This document shows positions 22,083-32,069 of a stretch of DNA of 64,000 bases, piece after piece. The number at the start of each line of letters is the position of its first letter. Position 1 is the stretch's first letter. Origin of the DNA: an uncultured candidate division Zixibacteria bacterium (GTDB lineage Bacteria > Zixibacteria > MSB-5A5 > RBG-16-43-9); the NCBI GenBank assembly GCA_963713865.1, contig OY970208.1:864001-928000 (forward strand). Reading direction: 5' to 3'. The notes under the pieces are model-generated. The model worked only from the letters and a program-made list of their open reading frames with translations. It ran no database searches and had not been told where the DNA came from. A program made the translations under genes and the position numbers.

Positions 22083-24092
22083 ATGGAGCAGATAACCAGA
22101 GAGATATTCTGGAATGTCGGTGGAGTAAGATTAATAGTTTATCTCTTAGCTTTGATACCGGTTTTGCTCTTCGCTTTTGGGTTATGGAGAAAAATCAAGC
22201 TCTGGAGGATCGGGGGAAAAGAGAATCGATATGATCAGGTCTGGAAAAGGATAAAATCAACTCTTTATAATGGAATTCTGCAAGTCAGGAATTTAGAGAA
22301 AGCCTTCCCCGGCACATTCCACGTTCTTATCTTCTGGGGTTTTGTAATCCTTTTCATCGGAACAGTTATAATCTTTTTACAGGAGGATTTGACTCTTCCG
22401 ATATTTAACTATGAATTCCTTCAAGGGAACTTTTATCTCTGGTATTCTTTAATCTTAGACCTATTTGGCGTCTTAGCCATAATCGGAGTCCTTTTAGCTT
22501 TATACCGAAGGTTTTTCTTAAGGCCGGAAAGCCTGAATAACAAATCAGAAGATTTTCTTTCTTTATACTGGCTTTTACTGGTTCTTTTAACCGGATTTTC
22601 CAACGAAGGGTTAAGGATTGCAAGCACAACTCCTGATTTTGAAAGATGGTCTTTTGCAGGGTGGCAGATAGCTTCCGGTGTCAAATCTCTGGGATTGGAC
22701 ATTAATTCAATTCAAATCCTTCACCGCATAAGCTGGTGGATCCATCTATTATTGGCTTTCGGGTTTATCGGATATATCACCTATTCCAAGCTTCTGCATA
22801 TCATTTCTTCTCCTCTGAATATCTTCTTCCGTTCTTTTGAGCCGATAGGATTGATTAAACCGATACCGGACTTAGAAAACCAGGAGAACTTCGGAGTTTC
22901 CAAATTAGAGGAGTTCACCTGGAAAGACCTTTTAGATACAGATGCCTGCACTAAATGCGGCAGGTGTCAGGATAATTGCCCGGCTTGGGTTTCCTCAAAG
23001 CCGCTTTCTCCCAAGAAGGTTATCCTGGATTTGAAAGCTCATCTTTTAGAAAAGGGGAATCTACTGCTACAGAAAAAAGAGCTTAATCCAGAAAAAAATC
23101 TGATCGGCGAGATAATCTTAGAAGATGAGCTCTGGTCCTGCACCACCTGTGGTGCCTGTATGAGGGTTTGTCCGGTTTTAATCGAGCATATCCCCAAGAT
23201 AGTGGAGATGCGTAGGAATTTGGTCTTAATGCAGAGCAAATTTCCCCCAGAATTAAATCTTTTCTTTAAGAATTTAGAGAATAATTATAACCCCTGGACC
23301 ATCGGTTTTGCCACCCGGGCAGACTGGGCAAAAGATTTAAAAGTGAAACTGTTTTCTCAAGATAAGGATATTGAATACCTCTATTTTGTAGGTTGTGCTG
23401 GCTCTTTTGACGAACGGGTTAAAAAAGTCTCTAAGGCATTAATCAACATATTTAATCAAGCTAATCTAAACTTTGGCATCTTAGGAGAAGAGGAGTTCTG
23501 CTGCGGTGATTCTGCCCGCCGGATCGGGAACGAATATTTAGCCCAGGTTTTAATCCAGCAGAATATCGAGACCCTTAAAAAGTATAATATCAAAAAAGTG
23601 ATAGTCTCCTGTCCGCATGGATATAATACCTTTAAAAACGAATACCCTTTATTCGGTTATAAACTTGAGGTTGTCCATCATTCCGAGCTTATCTCTGATT
23701 TGATCAAAAAGGGGAAGTTAAACTTAAATAAAAAACTTGAGCAGGATATTACCTATCATGATTCCTGCTATTTAGGAAGATATAATCAAATCTATGAGTC
23801 TCCACGTAAGATTTTAAAATCCCTTTCCTTGAATTTAAAGGAGATGGAGCTTTCTAAATACAAAGGATTCTGCTGTGGTGCTGGTGGTGGCAGGATGTGG
23901 ATGGAGGAAAAGTTGGGCAAAAGGATTAATCAGATGCGGATTGAACAGGTTCAAAAGACTAAAGCAAAAATTGTCGCTACTGCCTGTCCTTTCTGTTTGA
24001 CAATGCTGGAGGATGGGATCAAGGAAAAAGAGATAAAAGATTTGCAAGCACAAGACTTAGCTGAGCTGGTTGATTTATCTTTACAGAAATAA
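22083..24092 (+). CDS. Membrane-bound Fe-S oxidoreductase (NarI-like TM + 2x[4Fe-4S] + CCG; FadF/ETF:quinone oxidoreductase-like)
   Basis: CTKCGRCQDNCP, CTTCGACMRVCP, CCG motifs, YHDSCYLGR, CCGAGGG; follows etfBA. Confidence 0.9.
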   Translation: MEQITREIFWNVGGVRLIVYLLALIPVLLFAFGLWRKIKLWRIGGKENRYDQVWKRIKSTLYNGILQVRNLEKAFPGTFHVLIFWGFVILFIGTVIIFLQEDLTLPIFNYEFLQGNFYLWYSLILDLFGVLAIIGVLLALYRRFFLRPESLNNKSEDFLSLYWLLLVLLTGFSNEGLRIASTTPDFERWSFAGWQIASGVKSLGLDINSIQILHRISWWIHLLLAFGFIGYITYSKLLHIISSPLNIFFRSFEPIGLIKPIPDLENQENFGVSKLEEFTWKDLLDTDACTKCGRCQDNCPAWVSSKPLSPKKVILDLKAHLLEKGNLLLQKKELNPEKNLIGEIILEDELWSCTTCGACMRVCPVLIEHIPKIVEMRRNLVLMQSKFPPELNLFFKNLENNYNPWTIGFATRADWAKDLKVKLFSQDKDIEYLYFVGCAGSFDERVKKVSKALINIFNQANLNFGILGEEEFCCGDSARRIGNEYLAQVLIQQNIETLKKYNIKKVIVSCPHGYNTFKNEYPLFGYKLEVVHHSELISDLIKKGKLNLNKKLEQDITYHDSCYLGRYNQIYESPRKILKSLSLNLKEMELSKYKGFCCGAGGGRMWMEEKLGKRINQMRIEQVQKTKAKIVATACPFCLTMLEDGIKEKEIKDLQAQDLAELVDLSLQK

Positions 24093-24093
24093 A

Positions 24094-24858
24094 ATGATAT
24101 TAAAAGATTACCAGTTTTACGACCTTCTCTCCTCTGATTTAGACCTGATGGTCTCCTGGGGAAAAAGGCTTGAGAATGAAGCTCCTTTTTTCAACAAATT
24201 ATTCAAAGAAAACAGGGTCAAGAAGGTCTTGGACCTTGCCTGTGGAACCGGGCATCATTCCATTTTCTTTGCTAAATCCGGTTATGAGGTTATCGGAATA
24301 GATAAAAGTAAGGAGATGATTAAACTTGCAAAAAGAAATTCTAAAGGGATTTCTGGAGTTAAATTTCTCCAGTCAAGTTTTCTTGAAATTTATCCCACGG
24401 TAAAAAATAGATTCGATGCGGTTATCTGTTTAGGAAACTCCCTTCCTCACCTTTTAAGCAAAAAGGATCTTAAAAAGACTTTGCAGAATATCTATAATCT
24501 CCTTAATCCGGAGGGAATTCTGATTATTCAGAACAGAAACTACGATAAAATCCTCTTTAGAAAAATAAGATTTATGTTTCCGAACATCATAGATAGAGAA
24601 GACGAAAGGATTATATTTCTGAGGATGCTTGATTTTAATAAGTCCAAGATAATCTTTAACTTAGTTACTTTCAGACAAAAAGAAGGGAAGTGGAGTTTTC
24701 AAACAAAAACAACACTTTTGCGTCCAATATTGAGAAAAGAGATAGAAAATATCTTGAAAGGGGTAGGTTTCAAAGATAAGAAATTCTACGGAGATTACAG
24801 ATTTTCACCCTTTAGAAGGTATGAGTCAGAAGACCTGATAATTTTTGCCAGAAAATAG
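24094..24858 (+). CDS. Class I SAM-dependent methyltransferase
   Basis: VLDLACGTG, FDAVICLGNSLPHL. Confidence 0.88.
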   Translation: MILKDYQFYDLLSSDLDLMVSWGKRLENEAPFFNKLFKENRVKKVLDLACGTGHHSIFFAKSGYEVIGIDKSKEMIKLAKRNSKGISGVKFLQSSFLEIYPTVKNRFDAVICLGNSLPHLLSKKDLKKTLQNIYNLLNPEGILIIQNRNYDKILFRKIRFMFPNIIDREDERIIFLRMLDFNKSKIIFNLVTFRQKEGKWSFQTKTTLLRPILRKEIENILKGVGFKDKKFYGDYRFSPFRRYESEDLIIFARK

Positions 24859-24887
24859 TCGGCTTTGACGGAAAAAAAGGAGAAAAA

Positions 24888-25136
24888 ATGACAGAAGAGA
24901 AAAAAATCACCAAGGAAATGTCTTTTGGTGAAATCTTGAAAAAGTACCCGCAGACAGTTAAGACCTTCTTTATGTACGGGATGCACTGTTTCGGATGTGC
25001 CATAGCTGAGGATGAAACCATTGAACAGGGGGCTTTAGCTCACGGTGTATCACCGGATGAGTTAATCGAGGAGTTAAATAAAACCATATCCGGGGAAGTG
25101 AAAATAGAAGATGAACAACAACCAGAAGTTCATTGA
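24888..25136 (+). CDS. DUF1858 (hybrid-cluster-associated redox disulfide) domain protein
   Basis: ITKEM, YP, GMHCFGC, ETIEQGA..HG. Confidence 0.85.
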   Translation: MTEEKKITKEMSFGEILKKYPQTVKTFFMYGMHCFGCAIAEDETIEQGALAHGVSPDELIEELNKTISGEVKIEDEQQPEVH

Positions 25137-26025
25137 GGATATTCTTCAGTTAAAGAAAGATCGTAAAGCGGTTATCCTGGCTCATAACTATCAAATACCA
25201 GAAGTGCAGGATATTGCGGATTTCTCTGGAGATTCCTTGGGTTTAAGCCAGGAGGCGGCAAAAACAGAAGCGGAGATAATCCTTTTCTGCGGGGTTCACT
25301 TTATGGCTGAAACCGCAGCCATTCTCTGCCCGGGAAAAACAGTTCTGATACCAGATTTGAATGCCGGGTGTCCAATGGCAAATATGATAACTTTGAGACA
25401 GCTCAAAGAGCTTAAAAAGAAGCATCCTGAGGCAATGGTCGTTACCTACATAAATTCAAAAGCCGAGATAAAAGCTGAAAGCGATTACTGCTGCACCTCC
25501 TCCAATGCGATTAACGTAGTTCAATCAATACCGGAGAATAAGGAGATTATATTTGTACCGGATAAATATTTAGGTAGCTATGTCGCTTCCCAAACCAGAA
25601 GAAATCTCATCCTCTGGGAAGGGTTTTGTCCCACCCATCGAAGGATTTTACCGGAGGACATACTGAAAAAGAAAGCCTTGTATCCCAAGGCTGAGGTCCT
25701 GGTTCATCCTGAATGTATTCCTGAGGTTATCGCTATGGCGGATAAGGTTCTTTCAACCACTGGAATATGTAAATATGCTAAGGAATCTAAATCCGAGGAG
25801 TTTATAATTGGCACCGAGATCGGAATTTTGCATAAATTGAAAAAAGAAAACCCGGAGAAGAAGTTTTATCCAGCGTCTGAGTTAGCAGACTGCCCGAATA
25901 TGAAGCTGAATAATTTAGAAAAGCTTTTATGGTCCTTAGAGGACCTGGTTTATAAAGTAGAAGTCCCGGAGGATATTGCACAAAGAGCTAAGAGGTCAAT
26001 TGACCGGATGCTGGAGATAGTTTAG
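25111..26025 (+). CDS. nadA: Quinolinate synthase
   Basis: ILAHNYQ, FCGVHFMAETA, AGCPMA, VHPEC, CPNMK. Confidence 0.96.
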   Translation: MNNNQKFIEDILQLKKDRKAVILAHNYQIPEVQDIADFSGDSLGLSQEAAKTEAEIILFCGVHFMAETAAILCPGKTVLIPDLNAGCPMANMITLRQLKELKKKHPEAMVVTYINSKAEIKAESDYCCTSSNAINVVQSIPENKEIIFVPDKYLGSYVASQTRRNLILWEGFCPTHRRILPEDILKKKALYPKAEVLVHPECIPEVIAMADKVLSTTGICKYAKESKSEEFIIGTEIGILHKLKKENPEKKFYPASELADCPNMKLNNLEKLLWSLEDLVYKVEVPEDIAQRAKRSIDRMLEIV

Positions 26026-26164
26026 ATAATAACATAATAAAGCTTTATATTGGAGTGTAAACCTTTAGGTTTACCATTTTAGTTCTATGATTTTTCGATC
26101 TATCTAAAGTAGAAAGATAAAACTAAAGCTTTATACTCCAGAGTTTCTTCCCCCCAATCTCATT

Positions 26165-26986
26165 ATGCCAGAACTACCTGAAGTCGAGACAATTGTTCGG
26201 GGATTAAAAAGGACTGTATTAGGAAAAAAGATAAAGGCAATAACGATAGTCCCCTCCAGAGTTCTGCGTAATAAATTAAGTTATTTCAAACGAAACCTGA
26301 TAGGGTTGAAAATTATAGGTGTAAAAAGAAGGGGGAAAAATATAATCCTGCAATTATCCAGTGGAAATTTAATCCTTATTCACCTGGGGATGACTGGTAA
26401 CTTGATTTATCTTAAAAGACCAGCTCCTTTAATAAAACATGACCATCTAAATATGGAGTTTTCAGATAAAAGCCAGTTAAGGTATAACGACCCCAGGAAA
26501 TTCGGTAAATTCAAGCTGGTCAAATCATCTCGAATAGAGAATATCGGAGATTTAAAAAGTTTAGGTCCTGAGCCTCTTGAAATAACTGAGAATGATTTCA
26601 TTCGACTTTTGCAGACGAGAAGAGGCAGGATTAAATCCACTCTGTTAAATCAAAAATTTATCGCTGGAATCGGGAATATCTATGCAGATGAGGCTTTGTT
26701 TGAAGCCAAAATCTATCCGGAGGAAAAACCCTGTAATATCAGCTCAAATAGACTAAAGAAACTACACCAGGCAATTCAGAAAATACTAAAAAAAGCTATT
26801 CATGCTGGTGGCTCCTCCATAGATAATTATTTAGATGTGGAAGGGAAACAGGGATTTTTTCAATTCTATCATAAGGTTTATGGTAAAACGGGAAAGCCCT
26901 GTCCGAGATGCAAAACCAGAATCAAAAGGATAACCCTAAACCAGCGCTCTACTCACTTCTGCCCACAATGCCAGAGAAAGATGTAG
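26165..26986 (+). CDS. mutM: Formamidopyrimidine-DNA glycosylase
   Basis: MPELPEVET, HLGMTG, GIGNIYADE, C-terminal zinc finger. Confidence 0.96.
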   Translation: MPELPEVETIVRGLKRTVLGKKIKAITIVPSRVLRNKLSYFKRNLIGLKIIGVKRRGKNIILQLSSGNLILIHLGMTGNLIYLKRPAPLIKHDHLNMEFSDKSQLRYNDPRKFGKFKLVKSSRIENIGDLKSLGPEPLEITENDFIRLLQTRRGRIKSTLLNQKFIAGIGNIYADEALFEAKIYPEEKPCNISSNRLKKLHQAIQKILKKAIHAGGSSIDNYLDVEGKQGFFQFYHKVYGKTGKPCPRCKTRIKRITLNQRSTHFCPQCQRKM

Positions 26987-27040
26987 TGGAAAAGGTAGTA
27001 AGAGGCTTTTAGGGACTATTTAAAACTAGATTTAAAAGAG

Positions 27041-27140
27041 TGTCATTCTGAGTCCCGCTTTTAGCGGGACGAAGAATCTCTGCATTCATTAAGGAGATTC
27101 TTCGGTCGTCTCGCCAAAGGCGGACTTCCTCAGAATGACA
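27041..27140. repeat. TGTCATTCTGAG...GAAGAATCT / AGATTCTTC...CTCAGAATGACA inverted element (half copy at 16816-16852)
   Basis: Terminal inverted repeats with nested CCGC..GCGG mini-hairpins. Confidence 0.75.
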
Positions 27141-27314
27141 GGTTGGGTTTTCAACACACCCTTTCAACCTCGCTATTTCTCAACATTGGCGAACCTGAAA
27201 GGTTCGCACTACATATATAGAGGAACTCTTCAGAGTCCCAAATCTGGAAAATAATAAAAATCACCATAGGTTCGACTTTTTGCCAAAAATATTAGAAAGA
27301 TTCGCATTTTCCCC

Positions 27315-27363
27315 TTGACAAAACTTGAATCCTGTAATAAAATATATGTGAAAGATTTCACAA
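27315..27363 (+). promoter_or_regulatory. rex promoter with overlapping Rex operator
   Basis: TTGACA(27315)-17-TAAAAT(27338); ATGTGAA-AGAT-TTCACAA at 27346-27363, one mismatch to TTGTGAA-N4-TTCACAA. Confidence 0.85.
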
Positions 27364-27367
27364 AACT

Positions 27368-28006
27368 ATGCGCCGGATATCAGAATCAACCATACGCAGG
27401 ATGTCACTCTATTACCGAACTCTGGTGAGTTTGCAGAAGGAGAATTATACTACTATCTCCTCCAGGGAACTTGCCAGGAGGGATAAACTTACACCAGCCC
27501 AGGTGAGGAAGGACCTTTCCTTTTTTGGGAGTTTCGGTACCAGAGGTTTGGGTTATTCGGTGAACGAGCTTAAGGATAAAATCGCCTTTATTTTAGGTCT
27601 TTCCAGAACCTGGAACGTGGCTTTAGTTGGAGTGGGTAATGTCGGTTCAGCTTTAGTATCCTATAAGGAATTTTCCAGACAGGGATTTATCATAAAAAAG
27701 ATTTTCGATAATGACCAGAGAAAGATCGGCAGGAATCATAAGGGGATTTTAGTCTCGAATGTTGGAAATTTAGCTGAGGATTTGAAGGAAAACCAGATCG
27801 AGATCGTGATTATTGCAGTCCCCGCTTCAGCTGCTCAAAAGATAGTAGATGAGGTAGTTGAAGCCGGAGTTCATACCGTTCTGAATTTTGCCCCGACTAA
27901 TCTCAAAGTGCCTGAAAATGTAGTTTTGCGAACGGTCAATATGGCTATGGAGTTGGAACACCTCTCCTTTGCCCTGACCAACCGTGGGAAGATAAAAGAG
28001 CTATAA
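27368..28006 (+). CDS. rex: Redox-sensing transcriptional repressor
   Basis: RMSLYYR, QVRKDLSFFGSFGTRGLGY, VGVGNVG, LNFAP. Confidence 0.96.
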   Translation: MRRISESTIRRMSLYYRTLVSLQKENYTTISSRELARRDKLTPAQVRKDLSFFGSFGTRGLGYSVNELKDKIAFILGLSRTWNVALVGVGNVGSALVSYKEFSRQGFIIKKIFDNDQRKIGRNHKGILVSNVGNLAEDLKENQIEIVIIAVPASAAQKIVDEVVEAGVHTVLNFAPTNLKVPENVVLRTVNMAMELEHLSFALTNRGKIKEL

Positions 28007-29224
28007 ATCTCTTATCCCTTTTACCAGAAACCCTCCTATTCCCCCTAAGGCAACTAAAACCCCGCTCAAGAAGATTATCATCTGGATATGTAAAAGGCCG
28101 CCTAAGACACCTACCAGGGCTAATGAGATTGGTCTTAAACCTCCGCTTATAGTACCCAGGGTACCAAAAATCCTTCCCTGTTTCTCTTGAGGTATTCTCG
28201 TCTGGAAAACTGCCGGCACTAATATATTGGCAAAAGAGAACCCAAATCCACAAATGCCTAACAAAAGGATGGAAGTCCAGAACGACTCGGAGAGACCAAA
28301 TAAAGCCAAAAAAATCCCGGCTAAAACTATTCCGCTCAATATAAATAACCCTTTTCTTCTCACTCCTCCGATCATTCCCAGAAAAAGGCTGCCCAAAACC
28401 ATTCCTATGGAGATGCTTGAGCCTAATACCCCGAACCCCTCAGCTCCCATCTTTAATATCTTTTTGACCACCAGAGGTATGAGAACCCCTACCGGTGCCA
28501 CAAAGAAGTTCAGGAGCGAAAACAGAAACACAAGCCCTAATATTCCCGATTCAGTCCGGATAAATTTCAACCCATCCAGAAGGTCGTTTAGAAACTTTTT
28601 TCTCTTTTCCTGATCAAAAACTTTCTCCGTCTTGATTCTGACAAGAAAAATAGCTATGACCGAGACAAAAAAGCTTAAAGCATCTAAAAACATTACCGTT
28701 CCAGTTCCAAAGAGAGCTACCAAGGCACCACCTAAGGCAGGTCCGATAATTCCCAAAAGATTATTACTCAATTGAGATAAAGAATTAGCTCGAATCAGTT
28801 GTTCTTTATCTACAATAACCGGTATAAAAGAGGCTAAGGCCGGGTTGAAAAAGGTAGACATAGAAGAAAGAAAGGCGGCGATTATAAATATATGCCAGAC
28901 CTGCAGTTGATTTAAAAAGTAGAGTATTCCGGGAATAATAATCAGTATCCCCCGACCTAAATCCATCAAGATTAAAAGCTTTCTTTTATCTACCCGGTCG
29001 ACGTACGTTCCAGCAAAAGGTCCTAAGATGATGGAAGGTAATGAAGAGCAGATAGCCACAGATGCCATAGCCGCAGTTGAGCCGGTCCTCTCTAAAACCC
29101 ACCACATCAAGGCGATCATATAAAGGAAATCACCTACTAAAGAGACGCTCTGGCCTACCCAGATAAAAAAGAAATTCAGATTTCTGAAAATCGAAATTGA
29201 GCTTTTTTCTTGAAGGTTTTCCAT
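28001..29224 (-). CDS. MFS transporter (DHA3/macrolide-efflux-like)
   Basis: GQSVSLVGD, AGTYVDRVDKRK, QGRIFG; about 12 TM segments. Confidence 0.9.
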   Translation of the reverse strand: MENLQEKSSISIFRNLNFFFIWVGQSVSLVGDFLYMIALMWWVLERTGSTAAMASVAICSSLPSIILGPFAGTYVDRVDKRKLLILMDLGRGILIIIPGILYFLNQLQVWHIFIIAAFLSSMSTFFNPALASFIPVIVDKEQLIRANSLSQLSNNLLGIIGPALGGALVALFGTGTVMFLDALSFFVSVIAIFLVRIKTEKVFDQEKRKKFLNDLLDGLKFIRTESGILGLVFLFSLLNFFVAPVGVLIPLVVKKILKMGAEGFGVLGSSISIGMVLGSLFLGMIGGVRRKGLFILSGIVLAGIFLALFGLSESFWTSILLLGICGFGFSFANILVPAVFQTRIPQEKQGRIFGTLGTISGGLRPISLALVGVLGGLLHIQMIIFLSGVLVALGGIGGFLVKGIRDL

Positions 29225-29235
29225 CAGGTTATTCC

Positions 29236-30318
29236 TTAAGTTTGTAAAAGATTTTTCCCGTTAGCAAAATCGAAAAATAAGACCTTATTCAGGTTAAAGG
29301 ACAATCCTATAAAACTTCCCACCAAAAGATTTTCCCTGAACCTTTCCCTGACTACCAGCTTTTTCCCTCCGATTTTAAAATAAAGGAAAATCTCCCCTCC
29401 CGCAGGCTCAATCTGCTCCAATTCTAATTTGAACTCTTCTTTTTCAGGAGATATATGAATGTCCTCTGGCCTTATCCCTAAATAAATTTCTTTCCCCAGA
29501 TGAGCTTTCAAATCCGTATCCCATTTTTTCGGGAGTGACAGTTTATAATTTTCTTCAAAGATAAATTCTAAGGAATGAGTCAGCTTTCCTTTAAGAAGAT
29601 TTACAGCAGGCGTGCCTATGAAGGAAGCCACGAAAGTATTCAAAGGAGAGTTATACAACTCAAAAGGTGCTCCAATCTGCTGAATAACTCCACCTTTTAA
29701 AACCAGGACCCGGTCTCCCAAAGTCATAGCCTCCAGCTGGTCATGGGTTACATAGAGGATAGAGGTTTTGAGTTTCTTATGCAGTTTCAAAAGCTCTCCT
29801 CTCATCTGTACTCGAAGCATAGCATCTAAATTGGATAGAGGCTCGTCAAAGAGGAAGAGCTTTGGTTTTCTCACTATGGCCCGGCCTAAAGCCACCCTTT
29901 GTCTTTCTCCTCCGGAAAGGGCTTTTGGTTTTCTCTGAAGAAGCGTTCTTATATCTAAAATATCTGCGGTTTCAAAGACACTATTTTTGATCTCCTTCTT
30001 ATTGTATCCTCTTAATTTCAAAGGGAAAGCAAGGTTCTCAAAGACGGTGAAATGAGGGTAAAGGGCGTAGTTCTGAAAGACCATAGCTACGTCTCTTTGT
30101 TTAGGTGGAAAGTCATTGATTTTCAGCTCGTCCAGATAGATCTCACCGGAATTAACCTCCTCTAACCCGGCTATCATCCGGAGGATGGTGCTTTTTCCAC
30201 AGCCGGAGGGACCAACCAGGACGAAGAACTCGCTCTCTTCCACTTGAAAGTCGATATCCTTCAAGACCTGATTCTGGTCGAAAGACTTGTTTACTTTTTT
30301 GAGCTGAAGCTTTGGCAT
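29236..30318 (-). CDS. Sugar ABC transporter ATPase (MalK/MsmX/UgpC family), no permease adjacent
   Basis: GPSGCGKST, MVFQNYALYPH, LSGGERQRVALGRA, YVTHDQ.EAMT. Confidence 0.93.
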   Translation of the reverse strand: MPKLQLKKVNKSFDQNQVLKDIDFQVEESEFFVLVGPSGCGKSTILRMIAGLEEVNSGEIYLDELKINDFPPKQRDVAMVFQNYALYPHFTVFENLAFPLKLRGYNKKEIKNSVFETADILDIRTLLQRKPKALSGGERQRVALGRAIVRKPKLFLFDEPLSNLDAMLRVQMRGELLKLHKKLKTSILYVTHDQLEAMTLGDRVLVLKGGVIQQIGAPFELYNSPLNTFVASFIGTPAVNLLKGKLTHSLEFIFEENYKLSLPKKWDTDLKAHLGKEIYLGIRPEDIHISPEKEEFKLELEQIEPAGGEIFLYFKIGGKKLVVRERFRENLLVGSFIGLSFNLNKVLFFDFANGKNLLQT

Positions 30319-30520
30319 AATTCAAAATAATTTGGTTAATTATATATTCTGAAAATCAGATTGGCAAGGTATTAAACCAACTTTCTTAAAAATTCAGTTG
30401 TTCGACTTCTTCTTCATCTTTTATCTGAAGTTCTTTTTTTTATTATGGAAAATTCTAAGATTTACTTAGAAAAGTACTTGATTAACTGGTCTATGTTTAT
30501 TTATATATAGTTACTCTAAA

Positions 30521-30634
30521 ATTTAAACCTTTTTCCTGTAGGAGGGGAATATGAACAATAAAAGGCTTATCATACCTTTAATCGGATTAGCTTTACTTTT
30601 AGCTCTGATATACGTGGTAGTCCAGAGCCAGCAG
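30521..30634 (+). repeat. 114-bp direct repeat, copy 1 (RBS + first 28 codons)
   Basis: Matches 31956-32069 with 3 mismatches. Confidence 0.95.
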
Positions 30635-31627
30635 TCCAAGAAGTCTAATCTAACAGTTAGAACTCCATCTAAAATTTCTGGTTTTGAGATCATCGATATA
30701 GGAACTGGCAGAGCCCCCAGATTCTCTCCAGACAGCAAAAAGATTGCCTTTCTCAGTGGGGGATGGCTTTGCCTTGCCAATTCAGATGGAACAGGCCAAA
30801 TCCAGAATATAGCACCGGTTAAGGCATTAGATTTTCAATGGGTGGATGATAGCACATTGATTTACTGGTGGCAAGATTCTCAGAAAAGAACCAGAACCGT
30901 GGCAGTGGTCAATCTAAAAGGAGAAGTGACTTTCTCAATTACTGGGGAAGAGCAGACGCTAATTGAGTTTCCTCCCGTTTTTTTACCTGATGGTACGGTG
31001 GGATTTTATAAAAACGATGAAAGTGGTTCAAGAATTTTTAAATCAATAAGAAACGGGAAGGTCGCACCGGATTCAGTTCTCAAACAGTTGCGCGCTCAAA
31101 TAGCTTTTGACAACCCCCTTGCTATGTATGGAGATATCTGGCTGGTTAGCGTGGATGGGACTATCAAAAAAAGGATAACTACAAATAAGAGATTTGATTT
31201 TCCTGAGTTATCGCCAAACGGTAAGAAAATCTTGGCACACAAGATTCCAGGTGCAGACCCATATTTAGGACAAGGAGCTTATGTAATCGACCTCGAGGGG
31301 AATGAAAATTATATAGGAGATGAAGATGTACGGATACCCGTGCATGATTCCACTGGAAAGATTCTTTATCATAATACTGAAGGCTCGGTAGGTTTACTAT
31401 CTAAGTGGTCTCCAGATGGAACAAAAATTGTCTATATGTATCAAAGAAATGACTATGAAGATCTTGGTGCCTCTGATATAGTTATAAAGAATGCTGATGG
31501 AACTGGAAGATTCCAGATTAAAACTTCTGATGAAATGGAGTTGGAGCCTGTCTGGTCTCCCGATGGGAAAATGATTGCATGTGAGACCTATAGGACAAAC
31601 AAAATTCGTATTTTTAAGTTAAAATAA
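30551..31627 (+). CDS. Membrane-anchored TolB-like (PD40) beta-propeller protein, copy 1
   Basis: N-terminal TM; FSPDSKKIAF, WSPDGTKIVY, EPVWSPDGKMIA. Confidence 0.8.
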   Translation: MNNKRLIIPLIGLALLLALIYVVVQSQQSKKSNLTVRTPSKISGFEIIDIGTGRAPRFSPDSKKIAFLSGGWLCLANSDGTGQIQNIAPVKALDFQWVDDSTLIYWWQDSQKRTRTVAVVNLKGEVTFSITGEEQTLIEFPPVFLPDGTVGFYKNDESGSRIFKSIRNGKVAPDSVLKQLRAQIAFDNPLAMYGDIWLVSVDGTIKKRITTNKRFDFPELSPNGKKILAHKIPGADPYLGQGAYVIDLEGNENYIGDEDVRIPVHDSTGKILYHNTEGSVGLLSKWSPDGTKIVYMYQRNDYEDLGASDIVIKNADGTGRFQIKTSDEMELEPVWSPDGKMIACETYRTNKIRIFKLK

Positions 31628-31640
31628 GCCTTTTGGAGGG

Positions 31641-31961
31641 GTGAAAATGAAAAAATTAGCAATATTTGGGGTTCTATCTTTTTTTACTTTATTAACCTTC
31701 TTTGACATGAAAAATTCTTATGCGAAAGAGTATGAGGTTTTAGATGATACAATCTTTACCAATCCACATGATATTTGTATAGACCCTGGGCATGGAGGAC
31801 TTGGTGCAAGTAAATATAGAAATATACAAGGGCGGATACTATCTACCTGTTTAAGTACATTTACTAAAGACAATTTGGTAAAAATATCTATAAATGGCAA
31901 AAAAACACTTAACAAACTGGAATTACTTGACTATTCTTTCATTGATTCAAAGTATATTTAA
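31641..31961 (+). pseudogene. 5' remnant of a secreted Amidase_3 gene
   Basis: Signal peptide then ICIDPGHGGLGASKY, matching ICIDPGHGGPGASKY of 33029-34666; similarity stops near 31823. Confidence 0.75.
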
Positions 31962-32069
31962 ACCTTTTTCCTGCAGGAGGGGAAAATGAACAACAAAAGG
32001 CTTATCATACCTTTAATCGGATTAGCTTTACTTTTAGCTCTGATATACGTGGTAGTCCAGAGCCAGCAG
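31956..32069 (+). repeat. 114-bp direct repeat, copy 2
   Basis: Matches 30521-30634. Confidence 0.95.
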
